From: Asterias rubens | Lineage: Eukaryota | DNA: 64,000 nt | Direction: 5' to 3' | Assembly (NCBI RefSeq): GCF_902459465.1 | Contig: NC_047076.1 | Location: 7,998,001 to 8,062,000 of the forward strand | Part shown: piece by piece, positions 32,627 to 46,216 of the stretch | How positions within the stretch are numbered: the first letter of the stretch is position 1 | How the letters are laid out: each line of letters begins with the position of its first letter | Notes under the pieces: generated by a model | What the model was told of the DNA's origin: nothing | Databases searched by the model: none | The model's input: the letters and a program-made list of their open reading frames with translations, nothing else | Translations under genes and position numbers: made by a program

Positions 32627-35264
32627 TTAGGTGTTCGGGCAACAGCCGAACAACTATTGTTATTGTTCTGTTTTTGTTTTTTTTTCCTCGCGTTCTTCTT
32701 TCCCTGCGAACCTTCTCCAGCAATTTTAAGCAAAAGTAAAGCTTGTACAAAGTTAAAACTTACTATGTACATAGGCAATAGTGAGTAGACGAAACCGCCA
32801 CTTTTTTGGGAATGATGACGTCATTGATGACGTCATGGCAAGGTTTTTAAAGTTGAAAAACGACATTTGCTTTTCGCTGTATCTCAACAAATATTAATGC
32901 TATGATGTTCATACTTGGGCATCACATAGATAAAGACTTGGACAACATTTGAAAAGTTAACGCCAAAATCGTATGACCTCATCTTCCGGTCGTACCGGAA
33001 GGTCAAACTCTGCCTTTGTGTTTTTTGTGTTTTTTTTGTAAAAAAAGAAAATTTGTTGTCATAACTCAAGATTGATATGGAATTTAACATTGAAACTCAT
33101 CAGACAATTGAACCTTAATAATAAGACCACACAAACTTAATGATGTCATGATGACGTCATCAGGTTTTGAATTACAACAAATCAAAGTTAAATATTTTAA
33201 AGAAATCATAACTCCTGAACCACATGGTGGATTTTGACAATCTACATATCATCGGACAGGTCGATCAAACTTAAAAAAACGCTACACACAAAATGACCCC
33301 ATTTGACCTTGACTTCCGGTTCAAACCAAAAGTTGAACAATTTTACAATTTTTGATCTCTAAAACTACGTAACATTTCAACATAAATTTTGCATCCCGTT
33401 ATAGATGAGTGATCCTGCTCAAACTTTCCCACAGAGATGATACCAATTTGACCTGAAACTCTGGTCGAAATCGGACGATAAAGCCCACGGATGTGTTGAC
33501 CCGCGTGATAACTGCGTACACTGCAAAAGCGCTTTGGCTGGCCGTTCTGCTCCATTGATCACACCTTTATCAGTCCACGAGGCCTGTGTGTTCTGCTCGG
33601 AATAGTGCATCGTTTGACTGTACGCGTGATTTCCATTCATGTTTTGACAAGTCTCAGGTCATTGTACTTACAACGTAGCGCTAGTTTAATGGTGTACCAA
33701 CATTTTACAATTGAAGTCCGCTCATATTCGGCGTCAAATTGTTCCCCTGTTCGCCCTTCTCATGGCTTAATTATCAAAACGGAATTAAAGACGAAGCTTC
33801 GCTGAGATGGCCACCTACTTCAGTGATTCGTATGACTTTTAATTATGTGAGAAAATGCAACCAGAAAAAGAGGAACATTGGTTATGTTTTGATCAAACAC
33901 CGGGAAGCGGATTCGTGACATCGACTCGTGAAGGGTGTTTCTATCCGGCACTCACGGCAGTGTTTAGCGCGCTACACGGTAAAGCTTTGTGTACAAATCA
34001 TTGCTTTTCAAAATAAGTGTTTATTTAATGCCTAACAAAATCTAACGTGCATCCCAGTTATCGAAGTTGTATCTGTACCCGTGTCGTACACTTGCGAAAC
34101 ATCTGTAATACTTAATAAATAAGTCTTTTACAGTTATTTACTTCACAAGTCTAAAATTAGTAAACTGTTGTTTCGTATAAAGTTTCCCCAAATCCAGTTA
34201 ACCTTTTAAGCAGTTTACTCTTGAGTTAAACATCACAAGGATCACAAAACCTTCAAACTTTGCACATAGTTAGCTCTTTACTAATAAAATACATCGCTTT
34301 AATAAGTATTAACCTTAGCATTTATTTTCTGTGCAAAGAAAGGTATAAATGTAATAGATTTACACTTTTACTTTCTGTGAAAATTAAAAAGCTATCAACA
34401 ATCTGTTCATAGATTTAATTTTCCTCATGTTCTTCTTTCCCTCTGAACCTTCCCAAGCAATTTTAAACAAAAGTAAAGCTTGTACAAACTTAAAACTTAC
34501 TATGTTCATAGGCAATGGTGAGTGGAATAAACCGCCACTTTTTGGGAATGATGACGTCATTGATGACGTCATGACAGGGTTTTTAATTTTGAAAAATGAC
34601 CATTTGCTTGTTGCTGTATCTCAACGAATAGAAAAGCTATGATGTTCATTTTTCAGCATGGGATAGATAAAGACTTGAGAAACATTTGAAAAGTTAACAC
34701 TAAAATCGTACGACCTTAACTTCCGAGTCGTTACCCTGGGTCAAAGTTCGCCTTCGTGTTTTTTCCATCAAAAAAACAATTTTTGAGCTTATCTACGGCA
34801 TAACTCAAGATTGAGATCGATTTGAACCTTGAAACTCAACAGATAGTTGAACCTTCAAAATGACGTTATCGGGTATTAAATAACAATAAAACAATGTTTA
34901 AAAATTGTAAAAATCATATGGCGCGAAAGTTTTTTTGGGAATTCCCAACAGCGCTCTCTTTTTGCCCACCAAAGAGGGCGCTGTTGATTATCAAATCTGT
35001 GTACAGCATTAAGTGCAGGGGTGAGCTAGATTTTTAAAGGGCTTTCATAAGTTGCAAACAAAAAACCTGATGCCAATCTCACACAAACATATTGCATTTG
35101 TGAAGAAACAAGGCGTTCAAAAGTGTGATACAAGTTTAACTATAAAATAACGACACATTGTATAAAAAACATCTTTATGGTTCAATGTTTTTGAATTACG
35201 TCATCACGTAACGTCCAACCGAACACCGTGTTTTTGTAATTAACAAAAAACACTATGTCTAGTT
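32627..35264 (+). mobile_element. Helentron/HINE-like non-autonomous element with an internal ~500-bp direct repeat
   Basis: 5' TTAGGTGTTCGGG-CAACAG-CCGAACAACTA (subTIR plus palindrome) followed by a T-rich tract; 3' CCGAACACC (35219-35227), then hairpin GTGTTTTTGT-AATTA-ACAAAAAACAC and CTAGTT. Block 32686-33210 is repeated at 34419-34918. A CryptonV-type origin is not excluded. Confidence 0.7.
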
Positions 35265-35769
35265 TTTATTGTTCTCTTTATGCGCTAAGAGGCTTTTGCA
35301 TTAGGCTTTATAAATTGATATCTTTATTATTATTATTGAAACATGTCTTCATAGAAAATAGCAACATTTCTCATGGAGACTATCAATGCATGGGACTTAT
35401 CGATGTGTTTGCCATTTTAAGAACTTGATCCTTGTATTATAAACTATTGATCATAGCATTTTATTTGAGGATGACGTCTTTTTAAGCCACTTTTTAGATC
35501 GTCCAGCAAAGTGGGTGTGAAGAACAGTATGACAAAATTGAAGTTTCTGAGTTACTGTGGGTCCAGCTAAAGTTGTTACCATAAGTGCTAAGCTGATACC
35601 ATTTTGAGTCAATTGCCCTGGCTGCTGCTGCTGCTGAAGTGTACAGGAAGCTGCTGTAGGCTTCTTAACAAAACTTTTTTTGGTCATAAATTTTGAGGAT
35701 GATTACCAAGCGTATATCTTCCCTGTAACCATGTACTTGAGTATTTTGGGGAAATTACATCCAAATCAC

Positions 35770-35908
35770 CTCCCATCCGAGTGATTTTTTTTCCCCACAG
35801 AACTCGGGTAAGTACTGAGTATACAATGCTAACACATATCGGTACACATGGGTAAAAACCAAAATTAATATTCTTCATCCTCAATGCAATTTTAACATTT
35901 ATTACATC
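35770..35908 (+). mobile_element. T1 repeat 3' part
   Basis: CACAGAACTCGGGTAAGTACTGAGTATACAATGCTAACACA..ATGGGTAAAAACCAAAATTAATATTCTT.ATCC.CAATGCAATTTTAACAT. Confidence 0.8.
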
Positions 35909-37559
35909 CATAAACTTTAAAAAGTAAAAATCGAAGCAAAAACAATACAAAGTTCACACAAAAAAAAAAATACAAAACAAAACAAAAAGAAAGCTACGAG
36001 CACTCTGAACCTAGCCAGGCAGTCAGCGTCTTTTGTTGTCCGCCGCTGGTGGTTTGAAAGAAAGGAATGCTCCAGGAAGGATCACCAGTGAGTTTAATAA
36101 TACTTATCTATAGGGTTACATTGTCAACGGGGCATTGTACTTTCATCAAGTAACTAGGTACATGTTCATTGCAGGACTTATACCCATGCAGGGTTGAACC
36201 TCGAGTGCCCGGGTAACAACCCAACAACCCGCAATTTGGAGTTTACTAAACACAGCAGGTTTTTTTCCGAGGGATATCCGATTATTAGAGGGGCTAGTCG
36301 CCCACTCCTTCGGACTACACAGGGCAATTGTTTGGGGCTATTGTTGCGATTTGTTGACGGGGTGTTGTGCCGAGTGCGAGCGTGGGAGATCATAACACAC
36401 AATGATGGCACAGTTGCTATAAACAGGGGTGCCGTTGTACACACAAAAGCGTAAGTTTCTTTGAAATATGGTGGGAATCTGGCCCTGTTTATCAAAATTG
36501 TCTAGTCAACTCCCCTTCGTGACATAGTAAATGGCCTCAGGCAAACAATGATTTACATACTGTGTCAATGAAACACAGAATGTACTACTGCTTGCAACAA
36601 CTGCTTTGTCCTTTCTGTATAAACTCATTTGACAGTACCAAATTTGTAGACTGGTTTTTATAAGTGCATCCAGAACCTGTAACTATCATTGACACGATAA
36701 GATGGGTCCCAGTCCCCGTCAACTGAATGGTTCTTGTCCAACATCTTCTTTATCTTCCACAAAAAAAATACTGGCTGCGACTGTGGCTGACTCGTCATGT
36801 GACATAGGATACCCATAGCAACACCCTTAGTAACAGCCAAAGCCAAACCAGCCGATTCGAACCTACATTGTAGCTTGAAGGCCCGGTCACACAGGCCTCG
36901 ATTACGAGAACGAAAATGAGTACATTAACAATTCATACCCTCGATTGGTTGAATAAGTGAACCCCATAGCTTGAGTCTAATGCACTTGACCGCTCGGCTG
37001 GCTGCCATGACATGCACTAGACAAGAGCCATAACACACCTCTACTACTGATAAAATCAAGTACCGTACGCTGTACTCTCTCTTCTTTTGTTACCGAAAAA
37101 AATAAAATAAAACTGATTTTGCTGACCCCGGGTACTAAAAAGTACCCTGTACTTAAACATGAGTTTGTCTTATCTTTTAATTAATGGCTTCAATAAAGCC
37201 CATCACCTTAAGTAGAGTATGTGAGCAATTTCCTCTTCTTAAATCATCTTGGAAAATTCGATGAGGAAGTTTATCTTGACACGCTAATAAACTTTGGGGC
37301 TTTGTGTTTACTTCAGCCCTGACAGGCAACTAAAAATAAAAATTACTAGCATATTTTGATGACAATGTTAATACTGGTCAGGTGTTTGCAGAAGGCAGGC
37401 TATTAAGCCCATTCACAGTATAAATGAAATATGTTTATGACTGTACAGGAAAATGCCCCCCCCCCCCTCAACAACTGCCATCCCCTGCGATTGTCCTTTA
37501 GCTGAGATGAAAAAAGAACACAATAGCATTTTTACTGATATTCAAGAAAACAATTTGTA

Positions 37560-38281
37560 GAGCGTGACTTGAGTTGTGTGGGTGTATTAGGTGCAATTTG
37601 TCACCTAAATTATAAGCCTTTTGTGTCCCTTTCTTCCAGCATCCAAAGTTCGCACTATTATACAGTACTCAGAAACACAAGTAAGATAAGTTTCTTTCAA
37701 GTTTCTTTCAAGATTTGTTGATATCATCTGCTGACAGCAGTAAAGTGGACAACTAGTCCTTGCTTTGTTATACACTTAATTTAAAGATCAATTGAACCTT
37801 AAGTTGTGCAGGAGCAAAAGCCGTAATTTGCCACCTAAATTATATGCCTTTTGTGTACTTTTCTTCCAGCATCTAGGTTATGCAATGTTATCATTACTCA
37901 GAAACACAACAAGTGCAGTATAATTCTCTTTCTAGTTAATTTCAAGTTTCTTTCAAGATTTGTTGACATCATCTGCTAACATCAGTAAAGCACAACTCGT
38001 CCTTGCTTTGCATTAACTTAATTTAAAGATCAATTGCGACTTGAGTTGTGTACAAGGTGCAATTAGCCACCAAAGTTATGGCTTTTGTTTCCTTTTCTTC
38101 CACCATCCAAATCATGCAACATTGTGACAATACTCAGAAACACAACAAGTGCAGTGAGTTCTCTCTTTAGTTAATTTCAAGTTTCTTTCAAGATTTGTTG
38201 ATATCATCTGCTAACAACACTAAAGCAGAGTTGACAACTTGTCCTTGCTTTGTAATACACTTAATTGAAAGATCAATTGCA
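37560..38281. repeat. Tandem repeat, 3 x ~230-245 bp
   Basis: Units start at about 37564, 37794 and 38036; they share TACTCAGAAACACAA, CAAGTTTCTTTCAAGATTTGTTGA.ATCATCTGCT and GTCCTTGCTTTG...AAAGATCAATTG. Confidence 0.92.
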
Positions 38282-40603
38282 GCTACTGAAAACAGGAAAT
38301 TCAGTACAATGATTCAAAAAACAAAGTAGAGTGGTACATATTATGAACTCTTCTGACAAGACAAAAATAACCATCAGATATCCTGCGTCACTTTGATGAA
38401 ACGTATCTTGAAGCAATGGCAAAGTTTTTTTTTTTTTTAAACAGTCTCGTTGAAGGGGTGAAGTTTTCTCAAACGTAATACCTCACGGTAATTTATTGTT
38501 TGAACAAAAAATTCCATGTGTCAAACTGTGGTCGGAGCCTGAAGAAAGTCGTAGTGTGGAGGGAGTGACCAATCATCACCTTGCATTGCACATTCCAAAT
38601 GGAAACATAAAGGGGGAGATTTCTAGGAAGCCCAGCATGGTGTGTCGTGGGTAGAGCTAGAGAGAGATGGAGACAGGGGGATGGTCAAATTGCAGACACA
38701 AAGAGGAGACAAAGCCTGAGGAGTGTCAAGACAAACAGGTTGATTGAAACTGAAGGAGTGGGGTCATCAATCGGACAGACTCTGGCAGGGTCTATATAAA
38801 AAGGATTCAGTTACAGTTATGCCGATTGTGAATGAAAACGACAAATGTGGTCACCGAGTCAGTTTGTGAGTAAACGACACGAGGGGAAGAAAAGAATTCC
38901 TAACTATTGTGGTCAAAGTGCCTGAAGAGAAGAACTTTCTAGAATTGCTCTGTGATACCACCACCAGCAACTTGAGGCTGGAATCTTTCTCTATTTTTTA
39001 GGAAGCCACAAAGGAAAGCAAACTGCTTAGCATAACAAGCAGAGAGGGGTAGAAAAAACCCTCAGAGGCACCCAGGACAACTGTATGGAAACCACTGGTG
39101 TTTGACTAAACCATCGACCTGACACCAACAACGGAAGAAAACTGTCAAACTAACAGGTTCCCATAAAATATTGTTACTTTGAAATACACAGGTGCAGAAC
39201 CTGGCTGACCTCTTCCATTTTCACTGTATATCCGTGGTTACTATTTGTGTAGGGCTCACACCTGAGTGTGTGTACACTCATAATAGAAAACCAGTCTCAC
39301 GCAACGCTCGTAAATTCCTGTGGACTAAAGGCAAAGAGAGGGTGTTCTATTTTACAACAAACAAAACAGGATTTTCGTTTCCTTTTTTTCCCCTGCCTCT
39401 TCAGACTTTGCTGGTTTTGGGGAAAAACCTTAAGGACGAGCAGCCAATACTGACAGTATCATTTTGTCTTGAAAATGGCAACTTGCCATAATTGTCGGCC
39501 CTGTGTTGGAAACTGGATGGTGGCGATATACGTGTGGATTTTACAGGACCAACTGCTTGAAGTTTAAACAACTGGTAAGCCGCAAAAGTTTTATTGTATA
39601 AATATACAACATTGAGGTGTTCTGGCTCGGCTGTGATTTGGTGCCGTTCAAAATTCAGAGAGGGGATTGGACATTCTTTTCTAATGGCAAAGTCATACAG
39701 GAAATCTTGAGCCTTTTTCTAAGAGAACTAATAAGCAGGCCTTGTAGGACGCCAAAGAATTCTGAGATTTTTTCCTCCAAAGCTGCTTTAAAGATGGAAG
39801 TCAATGAAAGAGCTGAAATGTAGTAATAGACAAATTTTAATAGGGGGAAATTATAGTAACTAGACATATTTAAATGACTGTTAACAAGTCCAATTGGCGA
39901 TTTGCACAAAAACAAAAAATTAAAAAAATGCAACCTTCTCCCAAACACATTTGCTAGCTGTTAGAGTAGGTCTTGTGTTTTAAATCTTTGCTGATGAAAA
40001 CCATGGTAACCATTATACATTATGTAATACCATGGTAACTTACATCATAAATATCCACCCCTCTTTGGGGGCCCTCCTTCCCCCTTTGAAAATGGGGACA
40101 AGCTGAAGTTTCTATAAATAGTGTACAATATCCAGTTTGTCAGGTGAACTGGGGCATGTGAACAATATACAAAAACCAACATTGAAATTTATAAAGTAAG
40201 AGAGCGGGACTTAATCATCCTACACGCTGAATGGCTTAACAAAACGCTTAACAAAATACTCAGGCATTGATCTGAGTGTGTTGGTGAAAAAAAATTTATT
40301 TTAAACCCAGAGTACTATCAGAGTTGACCTGCATCTAAAAATACATTCAAAACCTACATTTCAAATGTAGTATGTAAATGTGTGAAATGAAATGGTAGCA
40401 TTAAAAAGTGCATTGATTTGAAGTACGCTTATTGAAAAAGTGTAAATTCGTTGGTTCTACTTCTGTTCCTTTTCATTTTGTGTACTTATAAATGTACTAT
40501 CCAATTCAAATTCTGTTTTTTTTTACAAGAACGAGTATTTAAAAATACTCGTTCTTGTTTTAGTCCTGATATTAGAGGGAGGCCGTGGTCTCTGTTGCCC
40601 CAA

Positions 40604-41101
40604 GGGTCGATTTCACAAAGATAGTCCTAACTAAGGACTAGTCCTAGGAGTTGTTAAAAACTTAAGGCTAATCCTAAGTTAAAGCCAGTGGACACTATTG
40701 GTAATTGTCAAAGACTAGCCTTCACATTTGGTGTATCTCAACATATGCATAAAATAATAAACCTGTGAAAATTTGAGCTCAATCGGTCATCGAAGTTGCG
40801 AGATAACAATGAAAGAAAAAAAGACCCTTGTCACACGAAGTTGTGTGCGTTTAGATGGTTGATTTCGAGACCTCAAGTTCTAAACCCGAGGTCTCAAAAT
40901 CAAATTCGTGGAAAATTACTTCTATCTCAAAAACTATGGCACTTCAGAGGGAGCCATTTCTCACAATGTTTTATATCATCAACCTCTCCCCATTACTCGT
41001 CACCAAAAAAGGTTTTATGCCAATAATTATTTTGAGTAATTACCAATAGCGTCCACTACCTTTAAGCGAGTAACTCATCCTAACTCAAGATAAGACTAGT
41101 C
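40604..41101. mobile_element. Hairpin MITE H interrupted by a family-A MITE
   Basis: GGGTCGATTTCACAAAGATAGTCCTAACT... at 40604-40678 resumes as GCGAGTAACTCATCCTAACTCAAGATAAGACTAGTC after 41065. Confidence 0.75.
40679..41065 (+). mobile_element. MITE family A, full length, with TTAA TSD
   Basis: TTAAAGCCAGTGGACACTATTGG ... CCAATAGCGTCCACTACCTTTAA. Confidence 0.92.
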
Positions 41102-41352
41102 CCCCCCCACCCGTTCTTGGCATTGGTGCCCCTTTTCCCACAGACTTTAAGATTTTCCAAAGGAATTGCTCTTTGAAAAATGGATATAATACTAAGATTG
41201 GTCTGATGCCAATTGCTAAGTGTTCAAAGGCTATACAGTGCTGAACCAATCAAAACCCTGTCAGACCAGGGGATTGGTTTTGATGGGGATTAAGAGGGTT
41301 GTATTCTAAGGAATAATGTGGAATTGTACCATCCAAAATCAAACCAAATCAA

Positions 41353-41400
41353 CGTTGTTGTTGTTGTTGTTGTTGTGTTTTTTTTGGTTGTTTTTTTTTT
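41353..41400. repeat. (GTT)n microsatellite grading into poly-T
   Basis: Direct reading of the sequence. Confidence 0.85.
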
Positions 41401-42592
41401 ATTATAAGTTCTTGATGCTTTCATTGCTGTTAAAATTTTCAACACACATTTTTTTTCTTGTAATATTTATATTTTTTTTTAAGTGGGTACCCAGCTCTAT
41501 GCATTGAAACACATAGAGTTGGCACGGTGCCAAACACATGTAGTTGCAGTATAGCGTTGTCACTAAGCGATAGAACCCAACAAACATTGTTATGTTACAC
41601 CAACACTCATGCAGGGAGGCCTACTTTTTTCTCTCTTCATGTTCACAAAATGATTATTAAGTTTAGGAACTAATCAAATCAATAAAACAGAATCAACAAA
41701 AAGGAAAAGTTCTTTGACAGTTCTGTATGATTGAAGCAGGCGTGGAAGTAGGCCCTACTTAAAGGCAAGGGCATCTTTTACCCTGGTCTTGGCCTTGGAA
41801 CCTCCATAACGTTTCCCATATATTTCCAGTGGGGCAAGTGCCCTTGGCAAAATGAAAATGGCCTTGCCCTATCAAGAAGAAATTCATGCCAATGAAGAAG
41901 TTAGGTTTTCAACATAAGTGTTCAGAGGTGCGAAGTGAGCAACTCCAAAACAGCAGATTGAATATAAAAAAAAGGGCTCAACTTGATTTTCTTTGAATAC
42001 TTTCATAAACCTAACAATACTTTAGTCGCAACACCCCCCCCCCTCCTCTTTGACTCTTGAGTCACATACTATGAAAAATTGGGGCAGAATCAGTGAAAAG
42101 CCTTCAAGTGACTTTGTTGGGAAGTGGTGAGAAAAAAATCAGGTATTTAAAAAAAATATCAAGCGTCGTCGATGGTTAAATCCTCACAATAAACACTGCA
42201 CAATTTCATGAACCAGCTGAAGCAAAATTTACTGTCTAACAATTGTATGCTTAGCAAAAATAAGCAGGATGATGTGACCCTGTGTTTTGGCTAGTAAGCT
42301 CATCTGATGTGTAAGCATAATTTTGTTCTGCTTTTAAAGCACATCTATGAAATTGGGAGCCCATATCTGGACCATGGTAGTTCCAACTTACTATGTTGTT
42401 ACAATTCAGACAATAAACTTGACACAATTTCATTTACCTTTCATCATCCATCATGCTCCACCACGTAATCCTTCATTGGAGCATATCCCACTGAATATCC
42501 CACTATTGTCAGTATCCATGACCATGGAGGTAGAAACCTCCATGCTATGACGAAGTAGTTCATAGATGAACCTCACACGTAGTTGCTGCTAT

Positions 42593-43143
42593 TTAAAGGC
42601 CCTGTACACGTTTGGTAATTACTCAAAATATATAAAACCTTACTTGAAACGAGCAACTCAGATCGGTGGATAGTATAACACATTGTGAGAAAATGACTCC
42701 CTCTGATGTAACATAGTTTTTGAGAAAGAGGTAATTTCTCACTCAATTACGTAGTAAAAGACTTCTTGCCAGAAGCCTTTTATTTCTATCTGATAAAGCA
42801 CACTTTTTTATACAACAAGGGTTTTTTTTTCTTTCATCATTTTCTTGCAACTTCAATGACCAATTGAGTCAAAATTTTCACAGGTTTGTCATTTTATGCA
42901 TATATGTTGGGATACACCAAGTGAGAATACTGGTCTTTGACAATTACCAAGCGTGTTCAGGGGTGGATTTCACAAAAGTAGTCCTAACTTAGGACTAGTC
43001 CTAGGCAATGCTAAGAGATAGGACCAGTCCTAAGTTAGGATGAGTTACTGGTCCTAACTTAGGACCAATCCTATCTCTTAGAATTGCCTACGACTAGTCC
43101 TAAGTTAGGACTACCTTTGTGAAATCCACCCCAGTGCCTTTAA
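42593..43143 (-). mobile_element. MITE family A carrying a nested hairpin MITE
   Basis: TTAAAGGCCCTGTACACGTTTGGTAATT ... GCGTGTTCAG[insert]TGCCTTTAA. Confidence 0.85.
42961..43131. mobile_element. Hairpin MITE H with a clean CAG target-site duplication
   Basis: GGGTGGATTTCACAAA ... TTTGTGAAATCCACCC, with CAG at 42958-42960 and 43132-43134. Removing it restores the family-A terminus GTGTTCAGTGCCTTTAA. A 3-bp CWG TSD suggests PIF/Harbinger. Confidence 0.92.
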
Positions 43144-45911
43144 ATGAGTTGAACCTACTATGTACATGTACAGTGTACATGGTGCTATTCAAGGGCAGCC
43201 AACCTTACCATAAACGCTTCCGGAATCGCGCGAATTACTCAAAGGCTGTTTCAGTTGCAACTTTCCCCTTTTAGAAATTAGAACTCCCAGCCCCCATAAA
43301 ATCAGGTGATTTCCCATTTAACATCCTGATCAACAATGTCTCAAACCTTGAAATTTACCACTGTTTTTTTAGATGGCATTTTCCATTTATTATTAAGAAT
43401 TTACAATTATGTTACAATAGATGTCTTCAGGGGAAACACAGGGTGAAAAAAATCCATTAAAAATTCAATTGGAATGGGTCCAAACAAAATCAGAGAAAAT
43501 GTGTCATTTAAAAAACACTGATAAATCTGAATGGCCCAAAAAGAATACGAATGGACTGATAGTACTGGATCTCAAGACACATACAGGAAAAGGAGGAAAT
43601 CTCCGAGAGCCCAAAGAGATCTCTGACAGGATGTTGGACTTGACAGGGTTTACTTAGGACTTTCCTCTTAAGTCTCATTCTTAGACACTTGACAATCGAG
43701 GGGATCTCAAAGGGGAAACCAAAAAAAAAAAAATTAGAAAAAAGAAAAAAAAACATTAGTTAAATCTTTGAGAGGGGAAGGTCGTTTTCATTTCGCAAAG
43801 GGCGCTACCATTGTCTGGGAGGAAACTAACTTTGAAGAGGCACCAAGGCCAAAAAGTACTTTACAAAAGAAGCTAAGCACAACAATGGGGCAAGGCGAAA
43901 AACAACTCAGTCTTAATGGGTCTTAACTCCTGGTGGGGCAACTCCAAGAAGACTTTCTGAGGATAATAAATGATTTTGTGCCAAGTTGTTAAATTGGTTT
44001 TCAGAATAAAATAAACCAATATGAGTCCTTATGACACTGTATCTCTTATCCCCAGGTAATATTTACCCCGCTGTTTACCCCTCATCCCACTCAAGAGCAG
44101 GGATAACTATGTATTTCCCGGGTTATGCCCATTTGCCAGGGAAAGCAATCCAAGTGTGAAAGGGGCTGGCCGTTTATCCCTGGGGTTGCCTTCGGGCAAT
44201 AGAGTAATGTGAAAAGGGCGACAGATTGCTTGTTTGAGCAATTGACTCCATAGCATGCAATCTTTGTAAAGGGGCATTATCATTAGAGGAATCTAAGTCA
44301 AGTGTCGGTGCCCAAACAAGAAAGGAGTCTACGTCAAAGGTTACTGGCACATCATTTCTGTTTGAACTTTAATTAGTGTACACAAATCCAGTTTTTGATC
44401 AGATAATACACATACAAGTAACAGGATGTTTTTTTTTAAGACACAATGAAAAAGCGTTAAAATGTTGGTGTATGATTTTAGCTGGTGTTTTTTTCCCAGT
44501 GTTTCAAGTTATACTTTGTAGCTGAAGAGAGCAGAATCGGAAATTATTCTAGGTGTACCAAAGCAATGTAACCAAACAGAGACTGGGAGGGCAAATAGTC
44601 AGGTTCCTTTTTATACAATGAATATTAACACCCATTACTGTGGGTTGGATACAGGGAACGTGATAAGATAATGGCCAAATGATAAAGGTTTATATTACCT
44701 CTGTTTGGAATCAAGCATTATGTCAGTAAGGAAATGATTACATCAATGACACATCACTAGGGTAACCCTAAACTTTGCAAACTTACACCAATGAACGTTT
44801 TTCTTGTCTATCCATAACAATTCCAAAATGTTGTTTTATTACTCAAAGAAAATATTGTACATGTAGATAAGTGTCATTGATTCCTGAAAGATTTGTTTGC
44901 ATTAAGTACTAAGGGCCTTCATCTCTTGAGTTTCTCCCAATCTTGAACCAATCCCAGGCTGAAATTGCAAAATGCTTAGTCTGGCCCCGTTTCGATTCAA
45001 AGAGAATCCGCATCGATTATTACTGTACAGCATGCAGGGATTATGACTATGAAAGATAGTGTCGATTGATAAAAGTTCACAATGCCAATCTAGAAGATAT
45101 AAATCTTTATACGCATGTAATTAACCTCAATTTACCGGCAGGTGTACAACCTGCATACACAGCGCTATTCTCAAACGTTCCTATTAAAACACAATTTGTA
45201 CTTTTCTCTAATCAGTTAAATTCCATCCGAAAAATAAACTGCACAACTTGTCGTGTCGGAATGGTCAAAGTCTAACAGTGTAGTGCATGCCATAGTTATT
45301 TTTTTTTATTTAGAAGTCAAGTCTTGTACTATAGGTGTGAACTACATTGCACAGAGCTGTGTACACACACTTGAGTGGGTAAAACAGACTGTTTAGGACC
45401 GTTTGGTAACAGATGAAAATCAGCATACGATACGCTGGACAGTTCTGGAACATAACCATGTAAGAAGAAGTGATCTTTCAAAAATGTGGACGTCGACGAG
45501 TAAACAGGTAATGTTAAATTAGTGAGGATGACGGTCTAATTATAGCCACTTGTTCTTTTTAATTTGTTAGTTTACGTGTGGTTAATGAGGTCTTGCTCCA
45601 ATCCAAGTCCGAATGTATCTGGCATGCATCAGTGTGCATTGATCAATTGTACAGTCGCATCTAGGCAACCAATGTGATAACACATGCAACAAGTGCGCCA
45701 ATTAACAACTGCTGTATTTGTGTTAATGTACCACACACATGTTGACTTGAAATGGAAAGAAAACGATGGCCTATTTAACTCAATCTCTGATCGTTACAAT
45801 TACAATTCAGTACTTTAAGTCTAAACTGTGGTTTGTGTGGTTGGAAAGTACATCAGTAAAACTATTGGAATGGTAGCAGTGTATGTATTTTTATTTTATT
45901 TACAATGTTAC

Positions 45912-46216
45912 AAGCAGTGAACACTATTGGTAATTACTCAAAATAATTACTCTAAATTAATGTAGTTTTCGAGAAAGAAGTATTTTTCCACGAATTTGAT
46001 TTTGAGACCTCAGATTTAGAATTTGAGGTCTCGAAATCAAGCATCTGAAAGCACACAACTTCGTGTGACAATGGTGTTTATTCCTTCATAGTTATCCCGC
46101 AACTTCGACGACCAATTGAGCTCAAATTTTCACAGGTTTGTTATTTTATGCATGTTGAGATACACAAGTGAGACGACTGATCGTTGACAATTACCATTAG
46201 TGTCCAGTATCTTTAA
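45912..46216 (-). mobile_element. MITE family A, internally deleted
   Basis: GCAGTGAACACTATTGGTAATT ... GTGTCCAGTATCTTTAA, with the central palindrome TTGATTT.GAGACCTC...GAGGTCTCGAAATCAA. Confidence 0.85.

Noticed and set aside
35451-35687. ORF with a QQQQQ run as a possible SMARCD exon 1
   Set aside because: Only a short (CTG)n tract; no SMARCD-like composition and no suitable phase-0 donor.
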